A stretch of 64,000 nt of DNA. Source: Bilabrum cf. latius (lineage: Eukaryota). The DNA is taken from contig OZ237736.1 of NCBI GenBank assembly GCA_965178125.1, forward strand, positions 124,001 to 188,000. Direction: 5' to 3'. A program made the translations under genes and the position numbers. This document shows, one piece after another, positions 32,457-45,128 of the stretch (its first letter is position 1; every line of letters starts with the position of its first letter). The notes below the pieces were generated by a model. It made no database searches. It was not told the DNA's origin and saw only the letters and a program-made list of their open reading frames with translations.

Positions 32457-34559
32457 ATGCAACCACAAACGCAAGCATAAACGCACGGCATGGATGCGGT
32501 AGATTCTATTCGAACGGAGTTTCCGCGGGAGTGGTAGATTGTTAGTGATGCGTCTGGTCGTGAACTTTTGGAGAGGCCAGCCGTGAAGCGCATTAAACAG
32601 CTTGGTGGCGAGGCAGCCACAGACGACAGCACAAAGTCACTTGCAGTCAAGCTCCTCAAACTGCTGCGAAAGCCTGTCCGTGCAAAGGCGACTGCTCACA
32701 GATCAAGTCGAACAGGTCGGTTGTGGAGCTCGCTGCGCAGCGCAATTTTGAATGGAAGCGTGGAACGAGACGACACAGCCAGGTACCCATCCTTGTTTGC
32801 CCCACCAAGAAGCAGATCTTTGGTCGAGCCGGAAACTTCGGCATTGAGCAGGCTTGGTGTAATAGCAAAATAGGATGAACTGCGGGCGTCCCGCCGTGAT
32901 TTCAGCACCTCTCATGCCCGCTCAATTCTGGCGGCACATAGGCCACCGGAACTTCCACCACCCGATTGCTTACTGCCGTAGGATGGTGGCGCGTCTGAAG
33001 GGTATACAATGTATCTGCGTGCCGCATCCTCGGTCGAGTCCTTTGAAGTGATCCCGAGGCACAGGCGCCGCGCGATCACCCTGCAGCAGCTAGCGAGCAC
33101 CATCCCATCCAAGAAAACGAGCACGACTCCCGCAGCAGGTGCCTCCAGCAGCCGTGCCAGTGGGGGCGGGGAGGCAGTAGCCATTGATAGTGCCTCCATA
33201 GATGCACAGAGCAACGGCAAATCTGCAGCACCAGGCGCTGCCAGACCAGCGCATGCTCCTTCTCCATTGGATGGTGCATCGGATGGCAGTGCATCCCGCG
33301 CCGGCACCAGAGCAGTCGACAACACTGGTAACGTGCGGGTGTGGCCCGCGGAGGAGGCCCTGGCCCTGCTGCTGCTCCGCTGGTGCACCGCACTGCGGGG
33401 CAAGCATGTGCTGGAGCTGGGGGCGGGCAAGGCTGGGACTGCCGGCCTGGTGCTTGCGTCCACGGGATATCCCGAGCGAGTGTGGCTGACGGACGGGAAC
33501 GCAGACGCGGCCAGGGCGCTGGTGACATCGCTGCGGGTCGGACAGGTGCTGCGGCGAACGCACCGGAGCGATGATCTTGCATGTAGTGGTGCTGGCGCAA
33601 GTGCCGACACTCTGGCTGGTGAGCAGGGCACCGTCGCAGTTGAGTGCAAGGGCAAGGGCAAGGGCAAGGGCAAGGGCAGTGCTGAGGTGCTCCCAGCCGT
33701 GGAAGGGAAGCACTTAGGAGCGGAAGCAGTGGGTCAAGGATCAATCGGAAGCAGACCAACCAGTGCAGCCAATGCCCCGCCACAGCCTGATTTGTATCCA
33801 GTCTCTGCCACCAGTGATGCTGCTACCGCTGCCGCTACCGCAGCTGCTGAGCTGCCGCTGTGCACCCTGCTCGAATGGTCCCACGCGCCGCACTCGGGCT
33901 CTGAAGCTGGAGCAATCGATGCAGGTGTGATCAGTGAAGCCGCGGACGGTCCAACACCAACACCAACACGGGGATCGAAATCATCAGAGGCGGGAGCAGC
34001 CACCGCAGAAGCCACATCGAGAGCCGATGAACCGCACTCGTCACACTTTCCCGAGCGATGGGCATCCTGGGGGCAGGCAGACCTGGTGGTTGGTGCCGAC
34101 GTGACCTTCTTCGAATCGTTTCATGGTGACCTCGCCAGGTGCGTGACGAGTGCGCTAAGACGCTCGCCACAGGCAGCAGCAGCATCGCAGCCCGTGGGTG
34201 CCTCTTCAGGCGAGGGGCGACCCGCGGGAGATGGCTCGAGCGGGGGCTTGATTCCCCGCATGGGTCTGCTGCTGGCACCCAGCCGAGGGGGCTCACTGGA
34301 GCGGTTCGTGGGTGCAGTGCACGGTGGTGCATCTGGGGGTCCATCGGGTGTTGCTGCCTGCAGCGTGGAGGTTGTGGAGGGGTCCTATGCCCCTGGTGCT
34401 GGGGATTCTGATTGTTATGATGCACCGTGGTGGGTGATAGACCTCGCCTGGTTCCTGTCGCAGTGGAATGCTCGGCAGAGAGAAGTGCTGGAGGCAGCGG
34501 GGGCCGAGTACGACGCTGGGCGACACGAGCTGAGGGCAGTCGTGATTCGACTCGTGTAA
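32457..34559 (+). CDS. CAMKMT: Calmodulin-lysine N-methyltransferase-like protein (METTL21/CaMKMT family)
   Basis: DNTGNVRVWPAEE, VLELGAG, WLTDGN and DLVVGADVTFF. The frame extends upstream over TAGs (start uncertain); TAA stop. Confidence 0.75.
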
Positions 34560-34771
34560 TAAGGGGCGGAAGGCTATTGTCTCTGTGGATAAATTGCAGG
34601 GCATGCATAGGCTCCATGCACGTCGTCAGCCATCAGGCCTCCGCGTTGATGCTGCGTTTCGGCCCGTTTCGGGCAGATTGGTGCATAGCGAACGTTCGTT
34701 TGTGTGGGTTCGTTCTCGGACGAGATCGATCGCAAAACCCACTCCACCGCTAGCAATCTACTCGAAATCCA

Positions 34772-36310
34772 ATGGCAGATGTACAGCTTGACTTCTTTGG
34801 GTGGTATTCTCGCCTGCCGCCGATAACGAAGGCCATGCTGACAGGAGCTGTGGGCTTGACGGCAGCTTGCTCCTTGGACGTGGTGAATCCGTATGCACTC
34901 TACTTCAACTACGACCTCGTCTTCAACAAGCTGTAGGTAAGCGCACTCATAACTCGTGTATACAGCTATAGTTTCCGGCGTGCGCAGTTACAGTTTCGCT
35001 ACTATCTCAGCAAAACGAGACGGCTGTAACGTGGCAGGCCACATCAATTCTCACACAATCCCGATGGGATGCCGTGCGATTTCTCGAACGAACCCTATCG
35101 ATTCTCATGTTAATTTACCTCTCCCCCAACGCAGCTCTGGAGGATCGTCACCACGTTTCTGTTTTTCGGCCAGTTCGGAATAGACTTCGTTTTCTAGATG
35201 TACTTTCTGTGAGTATCGACGCAGCCTAGACCTATCTCGCTTACATACTAGCTGAAACATTATTTGCACCTTTGTTTATCGGGTCTGCTGCCACTTCTAC
35301 CCCGCAGTGTGTAGTACTCTGAAATGTTGGAGGCCTCGTCCTTCGCTGGCCGGAGCGGCGAGTTCCTGTACTTTTTGGTCTTCTCGGCCACGGTCATCAT
35401 TTTCCTGGCTAGGTATTGTAGCGTACTCTTCTTTGGCTCCGCACTATCCTTCGCGATGACGTACCTATGGTCCAGGCGGAACCGCCACGCCAACATGGCT
35501 CTCTTTGGCTTCATCGGTTTCCCGGCGGCCTACCTGCCGTGGGTCTACCTGGGTTTTTCCCTGCTGCTGCACCATAGCATGGTCACAGACATGATGGGCC
35601 TGGCCGCCGGCCACCTCTACTACTTCCTCTACGACGTGTGGCCGGCGGTGGCCGACTCCCGCGGGTGGTGGTGCCGCCGCCCCTGCAAGGCACCCGCCCC
35701 CTTCTACTGGATCACCGGGAGCGGTGTCCCCGACTCGAGCGACGATCCCGCCGAGCTGATCAACGTGGAGGATCTCAAGCGAGACGACCTGGAGGAGACC
35801 CGGGGCATCCTCAGGGAACAAGGGAGGGTCGCGGAGGGGCCCGATGTGGGCAAGCTGGTGGCAGACGTTGCGCCTGACGATTCTGAGGAGGAGGAGGAGG
35901 AGGAGGAAGGCAATCAGGGTCAGAGCGACTCGGAGAGTGACGATGGCTACGAGACGGGGTCGCAGGCAGGCAGCGAGCTGGAGGAGGAAGAGGGAGGAGA
36001 GGATGAAGGGGACCAGGAGGATTAGATGGGAGCAGGGCATGATTTGCTGCCAGAGCTGCCATCCCTGGCAGCGAGCGCATCTGCACGCGCGGGTGGAAGC
36101 GACTCCCGCGCGGCAGACGCATCGCCTGCAGAAGCTGCACAGGCCGCTGCAGCCTCAGGTGCACCGAACGGTGGTGCAGCGGCAACTGGGCAGCCTAGGC
36201 CGCAGCCAGTGCCGAGAGCGAATCGGGAAGATTGGCAGGCTGCGGGGGTTGCTGCCGGGGAGGTGCTCGGTGCCGATGGGGTTAGTTATGCAGATGACGA
36301 GTGGGGCTGA
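34772..36310 (+). CDS. Derlin (Der1-like ERAD membrane protein) with two introns and a long acidic C-terminal tail
   Basis: LPPITK...NPYALYFNYDLVFNKL[Q]/LWRIVTTFLFFG...MLEASSFAGRSGEF...YLWSRRN...AAYLPWV...GHLYYFL. Reads through the TAG at 36023 to TGA 36308. Confidence 0.88.
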
Positions 36311-36471
36311 TGGATCCGGAGTCTAAAACAAATACGACTGGTTAGCGGTTAGCTCTAGGCCTAGATCAAGTTTCGTTGCGTGATGCATGTTGCAGTCCAA
36401 AGAGGTGCATAGCAAGACACATTCGTGCGACCAGCGTTCGTTCATTCACTTGATGCTTCACCACTGGCCTT

Positions 36472-39297
36472 TCATCCGAGCGTCGGCTAGCTCATCCTCA
36501 ACAACTCAACGTCCCCCCCCTGGATGCCAACGGCAGGCCGCATCCAATGGATGGGTCGGGGCACGGGGTTGCCGTTGCTGCCTTGTCTCCCGGATGGGTG
36601 TGATACCGTGCCCCGCGCGCTGGAGATGATCCTCTAGTTCTTCCTGCCGCCGTGTCCTTTCTTGCCCGGTCCACTATTCTCTGGCCCGCGAGCACGCAGC
36701 GCTGCCTCCGCTGGTTGCATGGTTCTATTGGAGGTGCCCGCTGGAGACCTGGGCTGCAGCACCTCAGCGTCAACTGCGGCACCCGGCAGAGGAGCGTGCC
36801 AATCTCGCGACCCACGCCTGCCTACCACATGCGCCTGATACCCAGGGCTTGGACCCTCTGGCTGCGTTCCCCTGCTGGTTGACCCCACGGTGGAGACGGC
36901 GGGGGAGCCCCTGGAGGGTGGGGATAGCGACAGGCTCGCCCTTCTTGCTCTCACGTTCCTCCTCCTCCTCCGCCTCCTGGATTTGTCTTCGCCCCTGGTG
37001 TCTTCTCCGGTGCTGCCGTGCTCGAGCACCTGGCTGGTGTCGCGGCTCAGCTGCGACAGCCCCGGCTCGAAGGATACCGACACCCTGCGACGGCCGTGAG
37101 AACTGCCGTGTCCCATCGGCTGCCGGGAGCTCGAGGCACTCGCCAACGCTGACTTGGGCCTGTTTCTTCTTGCACCTGCTGTAATATCTGCGCTGCATGA
37201 GGCGGGTCGCGTGTCCATGGAGCCAACCGCGAGCAGGTTGACAGAAGAGGGGCGGAAGTGGGGCTGCCAGTGGACAGCAGGTCCCCCTCCCGGGACCGTG
37301 AAGAAGTCTCCACTGCTGTCCGGAGGGACCATGCTCGCGCCCTCCACGCTGCGAGAGTGCTGCATGGCCGTAGCTCCCCCATGCATTGACTCTGTCTTGG
37401 AGGCCTCGAGCTCAGATCGGTTGTTCCCATTGCTGTCGACAGGAGCCCGCGCGTGTTCACCATCTGTGTGATGACCCTGCATGTACTTGGTGCCTTGCGT
37501 ACCACCCATACTGCTTGTGCTGCTGTCCACAGTACCTCTGCTGCTGCCGCTACTAGAGGCACCACCTCTCCCACTCCCCTCAGGCTACCTGTTCGCTTCC
37601 TCCCCTTCCCCCCCTGCCTCCTCCTCGATCCCGTACATTGCGCCCATCAGGCGAGGAAACCAGACAGGGGTGGGATGGAACCCCGGCGTGCTCTGAGGAT
37701 CGTCACAGTTTTCGCTGGTTGCTTCAATTCGTAGGCTGCCCTCGTCCTCGTCTTCGCCCTCGTCCTATTCCTCGTTCTCGCCACCGCTCCATTCATCGCT
37801 CGAGGTGCTGGTCTGGCTTGCAGGTGGTCCTTGCCTCTCGTATTGGACCCTTGCTTGGGCGTGCTGCCACCCACCGCCTTCCTCTGTGCGATCATAACTG
37901 TTCGTATCACCCCAGTCTTCGTCCACCTGCTCCACTCTATCCTTCTTTTTCCTCTTTGTCTTCTTTTTCTTTCTTCTGCGCCCGACCCCACCAGGCAGCC
38001 GCAGCCTCGCTCCCATAGGCACCTGCAATTGGTCCAACTCCTGCAGGTGCTCCATGCGCCGCACCCTACGAGCACCCAGGGCGGCCCGCTCCAGGAGGCC
38101 CCGCCGCGTGCTCACTCGCGCCTCTTCATACACGCAAGCCGCGCCCCGCACGAACGCGTGCACTTTTTGCATGGCGCCTGCGCTGCCGAGCCCTCGCAAG
38201 TCCAGCCTTGGGGTGTGCGATGGCAGCGTCTGCAGCCGGGGGTATCTCGCGATCGATCGTGCTCCCTGGCTGCTGACCGGCCGCGGGTTCGGTTTCGCCG
38301 CCCTTGGGCGAGCAGGAGAGGAAGCAGCTGCTCCGGCCGACCCACCCATTCCACCGCGTGACAGCGGCATGGCTGATCTCGGCCTTTGTCTCTGCACCTT
38401 TCGGACCGTCTTGCCTGCCTCTCGTATTGCTTTCCGGGTGGCCTTGGAGCCCCTCTGCTTTCTCTGCCTCCGCTTGAGCTTCCTGGCGCGAGCTTCCTCC
38501 TGCGCCAGCATGGCTTCCCGCGCTTCGTGCGCCGCAGATCCCGCGCGCATGAATCTGCGGGCGGCCGCAAGGCTAGATTTCTTGTACCCTTCAAGATTCA
38601 GGTATCCCTGGGACCTGGCCAGCCCTTCGACATCCATGGCGCGAGCGGGTGTGAAGGTGGATGGTGCCCGGTGAGATCTAGCGGAGTCGGCTCCAACGGA
38701 CGCAGGACCCGGGCGATGAATGGCCTTGCTGTTTCGGAGTAGAAGAGTGTCTAGCATACGTTGCTTTCGCTGCTGTGCTCGCCTGGTGCGGGTGCGGGAG
38801 CTGCTGCGAGCCTGGCCGAGCGCGGGCGCGCCTGCGCCACCTGTGCTGCTCGAGCGCTCCCACACGTGCATGCCTTGCAACTCGACGGATTCCTCAGAAT
38901 GCACCCCGAGGTGCATGTGCCTGGTTGAATTCGGTGTGGTCGTAGCAGTGGCAGGGAGCTCAGGTGGAGCGTGCGGCTGCAACGGTTGATCCGCATTGAT
39001 ACCGTACTTCCACTCGGAGAAATCGACAACAAAGCCATTGTTTATGATGCTATCATCAATGGAACTGTCTTCCTAGCGGTGCATAGCACTGGTGAGCCTG
39101 GCTGGAGCCTGCCCAGCTTCGAGGCGCATCTTCTCGACGGTGGCACTCTGCAACATGGACTCGATCTGCTGTCGCAGGGGGCCCTTCTCCTACTACTGCC
39201 ATTCCATGCTGTTCTCAATCGCTACAACTTGCCGATTTCGTCGAAAGCATGGTGTGAAAGCTCTGCGAGCCGAGCACGAACTTTTGACCCGGCTCAT
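36472..39297 (-). CDS. Hypothetical low-complexity protein (~940 aa with TAG=Gln; start uncertain)
   Basis: ORF-track pieces 36634-37530, 37765-38982 and 39193-39384 share a frame and end only in TAG; the first TGA is at 36472. Confidence 0.55.
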
Positions 39298-39382
39298 AGA
39301 ACGTTCGGGGCGGGTTCGTTCATCCGTTGGGCCAAACTGTTGCAGCGCACTGCTCAGTATGTAGTTGATTCCTGAGCCCGAC

Positions 39383-42300
39383 ATGAATCAGTTGGATGAT
39401 TATTTGCGTAGATCCTGGTTGGAGCGGTAGCGCCGCGTCAGATCGATTCGTAAACTTGCGGAATCGCTTGTGAATGCCCCTTCTGGAGTGCGAGCGGGGT
39501 ATCGATGCAACGCCGCATTCGATGCTGCGATCAAGAAAGTGATGAGCTCAATGATCCACCTTCGTGGGCATACGCTTGAGTTGGTTGCAGCTGCTGTTGC
39601 TTGGCGGAACGCTGAAAGCCGGGCTAGACTATCGGGTTTCGAGCAGCGTTCGTACGCCCAGCTAACGCCTGGCCAGCTCCCGCGCGCTTTAGTTCGCCGC
39701 GATGGGACATTTGCCCACTTAGATATGAGTCTAAGCCGCTCTGCGGCAACGGGCGATCTGGGATCAGCAGAAGCGATCGACGTTCTGCTGCAGGCGGGTA
39801 ACGATCTGGACTTCTTGAGCCAGTGCATACCATTGCGAAACGCTGTCGGTCTGCCGAAGTCGCAAACGTTAGGAGCCACAGGAGATGCATCTGTGCTCGG
39901 CAGGACGAGCGCCTCATCCGCCAGCCTGCCCCGACTCCCTGGCAAGGCGCCCCTAGCGCGAGGCAGGACCCCCGGCCCAAAGGCGGGACGCAGGTCCGGA
40001 GACGCATTGAAATCAAAGGGGTCCGTTGAGTTGAAGCACCGCAGCGTAGTCTCGAAAGAGCGCCCGAAGAAACCTCTGGACCCCGCCGTGCGAGCCTGGC
40101 GGGCCGCCGCATCGGCCTCGAGCGACACCATGCGCTGCAACCCGCTCATGGCTCCGAGGCCGCTCACCCAGAGCCTCGCGTACGCGTGCCAGCAGGCAGG
40201 CAGCCGCGCGGGGGAGGCAGAGGCCGAGGGCAGGGAGGCCGGTGGGGGCCACGGGGGCAGGCGGGCACGGGCCCAGGCCAGGAGCGGGACTGCGGCTGGG
40301 TTCGAGCCCTCGTACTATCTGGAGGAACAAGAGGACGGGGATGGGGGTGACGGTGGGAATCCAGGAGACGGCTCAGTGAGAGGGGGTTCCAAGGGCGGTG
40401 CGGGTGCCGGCAGTGTGACGAGTGGGAGCAAGGACGGCAGCCTGAGCGTGGAGCGGGGGGAGCTGGCGGCGGACGGGAGGGTGCTGCTGGCGGCGGGCTC
40501 CGAATCCGACCGGGCCATGAGCAGCCGGGGAACAAGGGGCCCGCCGGGGTCGGCCCACGGCAGGGGCAAGGAGGCCAAGCCGGCGGAGGGGCTCGGGGGC
40601 GTGACCCCACCTGGGGGACAGAAGCCCCAGGGGTCCCGTGGGGAGTCCCCGGGGTACAGCAGCGATGAGGCCTCTGACTTCGATGGGTACGGATCCGGCA
40701 CTGATGGTGGTGGCGCTGGCGCAGGTGGCGCGGGTGCAGACGGTCCCCCGTCTGCAGCTCTCTCCATGCCTCTGCCGCTCGCGGAGGTGCTTCTCCTCCT
40801 GACCTCTCACTCGAACGAGCTGAAGGACGCGGGGATTGCGCTCGCCAGGCTGCTGTCGTCCACGGGGCACCTGCACGTCACCGCGCACCCGCTGGTGGCA
40901 GCGGCCAGCGAGGCAGCCGCAGTGGGTCTGGAAGCCTCCGCGCAAGTGGACGACGTCCAGCGGGCCTGGGCCACTCTGCCACCTCGGCTCGTGGCAGCGC
41001 ACAGGGCGGGCAGGAAGCTGCTGCGGCGGGAGCGGCGGCAGATCGACGAGGTGCTTGGCATGGAGGCGCAGTGCGAAGAGGTCGGGGCGCAGGCGCGGGC
41101 GGCCTACGATCGGGTGTTCGACATGGCGGGACAGCCGGGGCAGGTTGACCGCGGGCTCGCTGCCCAGGTCGTGCTTGTGCACCACGTGGGCTGTCTGGTG
41201 TCAGCCAGGGCGGAGGGAGCCCCGCTGTGTGACGAGGACCTGGCTGCGCTGGAGCCCTACGTTGCCGCTCTTCGGGGCAGTGGCGTTGGAGCGGTGAGTT
41301 CTGCTGCTGGCCGTGCGGCGAGTGGGTCGCCCGGCCGTGCAGCAGGACCCGAGAGCAAGGCGGCGGTTGACCCGGAGCAGCTTTCCCTGGATCCAGCTAA
41401 CCTGCCCGTGCAGGCACCTCTTGTTCCCCGGATGCTGGAGCAGTTCCTGGAGGAGGCAGACCCAACCGGACTGAGGCTGGCTGCCACTGTGGACGTCGAG
41501 CTGGGCTCACCGATGGCTGGGGGATACCCAGGAGGTGGCGAGAGGGATGGAGTGAAGTCGTCATCTGCTTCCAGGCGTGATTTGAAGCCTCCTCGCAGGC
41601 CAATCGCCAGCCAGCCGAAAGCAGGAGGCGCCCGCGGTGGCCAGCGGTCCGTGGTTTCGGGCAGGAGCCGTGGCACCGCACCAGCTGGCGCGTCCAGAGG
41701 CAGCTCACACGAGGAATCCAAAGCCAGAGACTCGGTTGCCACCAGCAGAGCAGGGTCGATGATCCGGGAAGGTTCCTCGGGTAGCATTGGAAATGTCCCC
41801 CGCGGGTCGAGGGGCGCGGGGCTTGCCACGAGCGGGCCCGGGTCACCGCCCGGGGCTCGGCTCGGGGTCGTGGCGTCGACCTACGGGGCGGGTGTGAGGG
41901 ATCTCCGTCGGATGCTGGCCGGGGAACAGGAACGCAAGCGGGTCATGATCGCGAGGCAGGGTTGGTAGCGGCGCGGCGGGCACCGACGGGGAGAGAAGCA
42001 TCCTGCCAGTGGTGAGATTGGTGTCGCTGGGGAAGGACCTGCATCACCCGATGCGGCAGGCAGTAGCGGAGTAAGCAATGCTGGCAGCAGTGGTCCTGCT
42101 GTTGCTGCTGTTGCATTCCCCGGGAGAAACCACGGCCCCAAAAAGCCAGATACAAAGGCCAACTCAAAATCGAGAGCCGGATCAAAGGCCCAATCGAGGG
42201 TGTCCCGCGGAACCAGGGCCAAGGCATCGCCGGGCAAGTCACCCACTCGTGGACAGAAAGCAGGCATGAAGACTACTGCCAGTCAGCGTAAGGCAGGCAA

Positions 42301-43423
42301 GTCCCCTGCCTCAATCCGGACTGCCAAGGGCCAAACGAAGGCGAGGAATACGCACAAGGGCAAGTCGGCAAAGGCGCCTAAGGGCAGGCGGTCCCAAGCT
42401 GCAGCTGCACCGGCTCGTGGCTCAGTCCGTTCCAAGGGCCGCGCAGCCAGCAAGAGCGGAGGCAAGCCCGCCCGATAGTCCGCACCCGTGCATGTTCATG
42501 TCCCCCTCGTGCAGCCCCCTTCGATGCACAGCCTGCAGGGCGGGACCATCATGCCCCCGGTGAGGGAAGTGGCCGAGACACCGGAGTCCCCCGGGCCGGA
42601 CATCGGGGCGGGGCTTGCGATGAGTAGCGGGGTGCTAACTGGAACTACCGGGGTGCATCAGGACGGGGCGGGGGAACAACGAGGGCAGGGCGATGTGGTG
42701 GCCTCCGGTACAGCCGCGGCATCGACTGGTACTAGCGTCGCGAATCCAGGGACACACAGCGTTGGCAAGGCAGGTAGCGGGGAGCACTTTGGCCGGACTG
42801 AAGGAAGAGGGGATGGCATCGACAATTATGACGACGATCAGGATGATGGCTACAGCGACGACGATGGCGAGGACGATGACGATGACGATGACGAGTACGG
42901 GGACGATTTCGAGGAGAAAGAGAGGGAAGAAGCCACAAGTGGGTCGAAGCATGGGCCTGGCTCACTACCAGTGGGGACATCTGCCGCTGTCAATCTGGAT
43001 CCCGCAACCACTGCGTCTGCTGGTGCTTCTACAGGTGCGTCTGCTGGTTCTTCTGCAGGTAGCGCGGGTCCCCCACTTGCCCAAGTCGAGGTATCACCCG
43101 CCTCCTAGTCTGGGCAGCCGATGATCGCCGGCGCCATGTCACCCGGGGAGGATTCCTACTCAGATGAAGAGGAGAGGGGAGAAGGCTAGGATGGAAGAGA
43201 GGGGGCTAGTGGGCCGATGGGCGGCCGTGTGGGGCCTGCCGGACACGGCGATGGCAAGGAGAGCGAATCGGGGGAGGACAGCTACAGCGAGGACGAGCAG
43301 GAAGCAGGGTCAGCAGCTGCACAGAGGACTGTTCCAGCTGTGTCGAGCTAGCCTGCCGCTGCAAATGGGGGCATGGATGTCGCTCTCAGCGATAGTGATG
43401 ACGAATACTCCGACGACGAGTGA
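39383..43423 (+). CDS. Hypothetical large low-complexity protein (~1346 aa with TAG=Gln)
   Basis: Pieces 39470-41968, 42200-42478 and 42488-43108 are in one frame, linked by TAG; TGA at 43421. Confidence 0.6.
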
Positions 43424-43551
43424 GCACAAGCTAATTTAGATTGATTCTCTCTTTCAAACAGAACCAGCGCGAAAGAAAAACTTGAAAAACTACACCACTC
43501 CTTCCCGACTCCTCGCCACTGAGACTACGAGCGTGTAAATTTGTGACTAGC

Positions 43552-44109
43552 ATGAGCGCAAAGGCTGGTGCAACCACGCTAGAGCTAGCTACTTCAGCTG
43601 TTGATGCTCTTCTTGGATACACTCGGCAACTCGAACCGTATGTTGCTGCGGGGCGCGCCCCAAACAGCGAGGAAGAGGGCAAACTGCTATCGCAAGCAGC
43701 ATCACTTGCAGTTAGCTCACATTCCAAGTTTGCTGCTGCAATGCGTGAGGGTCCAGACCGTGCGGCTGCTTCAACGGCTGCAGACACTGGCAGGGATGCT
43801 AGAAGACGGGAGAATCGACTATAGGAAGAGGCTGTAGAACTCCGAGAGTAGCTCAGTAGACTATAGCTTGAGTTAGAGCAAGAGCGAGCTGAAAAGGCAA
43901 GGATTCGCGCCGACTTGGAGCGAGTTCGAAACGACGAGATTGATACTACCAGAGCGGACCGCCTCCGACGATTCGTTGATGCAATAAGTGGTGCAGGCGA
44001 ATCTACTGCCAGCAAAGAAGCTTCATCAGCCGATACTGCATTGTAGGCGGTGAATTCGCTACCGCCGGAGATCGTGCGATCGATAGCTGCTCGCATGCGC
44101 AAGGGCTGA
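43552..44109 (+). CDS. Hypothetical coiled-coil protein (185 aa with TAG=Gln)
   Basis: RL[Q]EEAVELRE[Q]LSRL[Q]LELEQERAEK heptads read through TAGs; TGA at 44107. Confidence 0.6.
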
Positions 44110-45128
44110 CGAATGGTTCAAGCTGAACCCAGACTAGGCGCGAGGCAGCCGCGATGAGAACCTCTTATTGTCCTCTCCAGCCTAGCGTTATCATTGTGGC
44201 TTTTGGTTTGCTACTACAGTTTAGAATCTAGCAGGCTCTCCCCCCCCCCCCCTTGCCGTGAGTTCAAAGGGCCTATGCTAGACTCTACTAGTAAGTGGGG
44301 TATGATGCAGCTTTCACAGCACTACCGTATATCTGGCTAGCAGATGCAGGCTCAGATGAGGAGGCAGTGGAAATGAACGGTGCGTACGGTGTAGGTAGGC
44401 AGGAGGAAAGTAGTGGCAGTCGACGATGCTGTCGGATGCGCATGACCCTGCGCTGTTTGAGGCATCGGAAGGCGAGCAGTGGCCGAAATTTCCAGGGAGG
44501 GTTGTTGCATTGGCGGCCTCACGGTGTGGGTGAGTACGCCCGGGACGGTGGTGTGGTGTATCTGGTGGTGAGGGACGGCTGGCCCCTGTAGCAGGGGAAG
44601 CGGATTCGGTTGGACTTCCTAATAAACGGGCTTGGGGTGGGGGGTAAGTATGTGTGTACATGGAGCAATTGCGGGTAGCATCATTCACTTGTTGCGCTGC
44701 ACAGGCCCAGCTCATAGTATTTTTATTTTCTTCTTGAAATTTAAACCGGTCGCAACCACTAAAACCATCCAAAAGGATCCGACTAACGCAGACCTATTTA
44801 CAGCTTCAACTCCTACTGATCGGTTCAGGCATTGACATAGTCACGACTTTTTGTAGTAGTATTTTCGATCCAGCATTTACCAGGGTGTTTCAGCCGTTTC
44901 AGTCAGGATCTACAAACTCAAGATCTGTAGTTAGTCCCGTGACTGTGCGAAATAGGCAGAAATATCGCGCCAATTTTTAGTATGAATGGTACAACCAGTG
45001 GCGATCAACTTTAGCCAAAAGTCTCTATCGGTGGCGATTTGGTCCCAAGCTCAACGCAAAGCAAACCGGAGGTTTGCGGCCCCGCTGGCGGCGGAGACCA
45101 ACCTGCGCAATTAGATTCTGTCGAATCC

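Noticed and set aside
44110-45128. Gene or RNA in the region with the poly-C run
   Set aside because: No recognisable motif or convincing frame; left unannotated.
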